From: Paragordius varius
Lineage: Eukaryota; Animalia; Nematomorpha
Length of the DNA stretch: 64,000 bases
Assembly (NCBI GenBank): GCA_964247055.1
Contig: OZ176050.1
Location: 4,154,001 to 4,218,000 of the forward strand
Direction: 5' to 3'
The position numbers and the translations under genes are program-made. This document shows, piece after piece, positions 61,319-64,000 of this stretch. Position 1 is the stretch's first letter. Every line of letters begins with the position of its first letter. The notes under the pieces were generated by a model, which was not told the origin of the DNA, searched no databases, and saw only the letters and a list, made by a program, of their open reading frames with translations.

Positions 61319-63768
61319 TTAAACTCCACCACCACTTCGATCTACACTTATCCTTTCGGCATTCAGATTAGCAGCAAGGGCAAATCGATTAGTAGAAACA
61401 GTCCCCGTTTTAATCGCTTGCATGAGCTAAATAGTAAATTCGTTTTTATAAAATATATCATTCAAATATCGAATTAACCCTTCCTTAACAATATTTAGAT
61501 TTAGCTGCATTTTGACCCTTAAAGTTTCATTTTTCGCCCAAAAATAAATTCAATGATTAAAATGATTTAGATATATATTTGTTTTGGGCATATTTTCATT
61601 TTTTGTGCTTTATCTTGTTAATTAGGAAATGGCTAGTTTAATTATAGAATTTAACAATGTACAGTAACAAGTTGTCAATGGCTATATTTGGTTATATTTT
61701 AAGTTAAATATTTTATCAATTCTCAGAAAACTTTAGTAAATTTGACACAATCTTGAATTATATTGAGATGATACTAATGCTATGAATATTTATTTAACAA
61801 GATATCAAATTTATAATATCCAAGTAACACTATTGATATAAAAACTAATTAAATTTATTTAATATGTTCATAAAATATCAAATTTTAGTAGTTACTTGGA
61901 AAAATTCGCTAAGTTCGATCTGGCCATTTTTGTTTAGGTCGACTTCGTTTAAGATATCATGAATTTGTTCATAAGTTATATTCTGTCCTCGTTTCTAAAA
62001 AGTAGAAGGTAATATATTTTGAGTAATTTGATAATTATTTGCGTCAAATTTTAAAAAATTTTACCTTCAAAAATGTGCCCAAATCTTTGACCGTAATATA
62101 ATCTTTCCCTTGGCTCATCTCATTGAATTTCTGTGTGTAATCTTTTACTTCAGAATCTGAAAAATCAACCGCATGCTTTTTGTTTCGAATTTCTTCGTAG
62201 GCCTTTAGGCCCATTTGATCATACAAAAATGTTTTGGCATCTTGTATTTCTTGCTGTAATTTTTAAGAAAAATATTAAAAATCCGGACCTAGCCTATTAA
62301 TATATAATTATATTAATTATAATTATTTATTATGTCCGTAACAAGAAAAAAATAAAATGTTAATAAAACACTGTCAAAGTTCACATTTATTTTTCTTTTA
62401 AATGACGTATAATATTTTTAGTTCATAATAAGGGACTATTTTTTTATGATCCGTATTAAATTTTTATAAAATTTATTTGGAACTACAAAAACTAACCTCA
62501 ATTTTTTTCTTATCCCACCCCAATTCACCAGCCATGAGTTCGGCTATGAAGGGAAGAGCTTGTTCGCAAGCGCTTGCATTCAGGAAGGCGAAACGTGTCC
62601 TTCGAGCAATAACATCAACCAGGGTACATGCATATTCTTTAACGGCATATTTTACCTGTTTTGAGGTATATACCCATAAGGAGAGAAAAAAATGAGACAT
62701 ATTTATTTTAAGTTTTAAATTTTTCTCTACCTTAAAAAAGTATAAGGTGATTATAAGCAAAATTCACTAGCAAATACGATCAAAGTTTTATTATTGGTAC
62801 AGTTAACTACTATTCTCTGTTAAGTTATTAGTATTTATATCATAAACCGATACTCAACATGAGGTAGATTTAAAATCTTATATAGTATAGATATTTATTC
62901 AAAATGTAAGTTACGTAGTAACTAAAATTTACTCTGTATGACTGAAATTTAATATATCAACAATGAAAACAGTATTTATATACGGACCTCTGCTTCGATA
63001 TATGGGAATTCTTGATGCAATTTTTTCCCTAAAACAGGATAACGTTCGCCCGTTACACCGGCCATTCTTAGGACTGAATAGGATGCATCTCCATAGGTTG
63101 AAGCTAAGTGTCGAGCAACCTAAAAAAACATATTATTACAAACAATAAGTTTATATATCTAATTACCAATGATAAAAAGCGCAACAAAAACAGATCAAGT
63201 GTTAAATAATCATTTAATTAAAAAAAAGATTGTAAATAAATTCATATATATTAATCATATTTATAAATCTTATACTATGTTTAATTTCCAATGAAAAAAA
63301 GAACAGTTTAATTTAAAAATCAAGATTAACTATAACATAAAGGTAAAATCTATTTTGTTTTGCATTTAAAGGTAGGTAAATGTCGAAAATATAGTTTATA
63401 AAGATTTACGACAATGTAAAATGCCCTCTATACCCTATAATCAAAAAAATATAGTTTTAACGCAGCACATTTATGCAATGCCTTCCTTAAAAACAAAATC
63501 ATAAATCATTAGTCATATATAATTTAATATCCGAAAACTCTGAAATTCTAAAGTCAAATAATAACGTAAAAAAACAAAACTTGTGTTTGAATCCCAAAAT
63601 CTTGAACTAATTGAATAAAAAGATTGGGTGTATATTTGTGAGCACCGTCAAGCAAAAGTCCAACCGTACGACTTTTATCCGATGCAAAATCTCTGAATTC
63701 TGGAAAATTTTTAAGTATTGTATCCACCGTTTCTTCAGCCATTTTACGGTACGTTGTCCATTTGCCAC
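61319..63768 (-). CDS. GPD2: Mitochondrial FAD glycerol-3-phosphate dehydrogenase, 3' exons (63581-63768, 62988-63119, 62497-62655, 62065-62253, 61896-61994, 61319-61426); 5' part outside the window
   Basis: GGKWTTYRKMAEETVD, HLASTYGD, EFPYIEAEVKYAV, DVIARRTRFAFLN, EF-hand DLNKNGQIELSEF, C-terminus ISVDRSGGGV*. Confidence 0.94.
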
Positions 63769-64000
63769 CTTTTACACAAATTTTATTTAAAAAAAATTTT
63801 ATTAATCAATTTAATATACGTACTAATTTGAGAATATAGGGGGCAAAACATAAAAAGGAAACTTAAGTTTTATAAATACGTCATGAAAAAGTAAAAAATT
63901 ATAGTCCTATTTTAATTTTTTCTTATATATTTATCTAACTTTTGTCGTCACCCTAATAATAAATTGGTAAACGATCAATTATATAGATTTATAGAATTAT

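Overview
AT-rich eukaryotic (animal, most likely invertebrate) genomic DNA with spliceosomal introns; the species cannot be identified from sequence alone. Gene order: 3' end of an unidentified N/S/T-rich protein (+); three intronless paralogous class A peptide-receptor-like GPCRs (+); a multi-exon M13 (neprilysin/ECE-like) zinc peptidase (-); MDP1 (-) head-to-head with MARCHF5 (+); IRE1 (-) head-to-head with a lysosomal-type histidine acid phosphatase (+); and the 3' half of mitochondrial GPD2 (-), which runs off the window. Introns and intergenic DNA carry many non-autonomous DNA transposons (hAT with an 8-bp TSD, piggyBac-like with TTAA, TA-flanked MITEs, foldbacks), an RTE-like LINE fragment, a ~113-bp tandem repeat and (TA)n tracts. 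The most striking signal is a class of 26-31 nt GT-AG micro-introns, required to restore conserved reading frames in three unrelated genes (IRE1, M13 peptidase, MARCHF5), coexisting with kb-sized TE-filled introns. No tRNA, rRNA or CRISPR was found. Exon structures were derived by hand and need RNA-seq confirmation.
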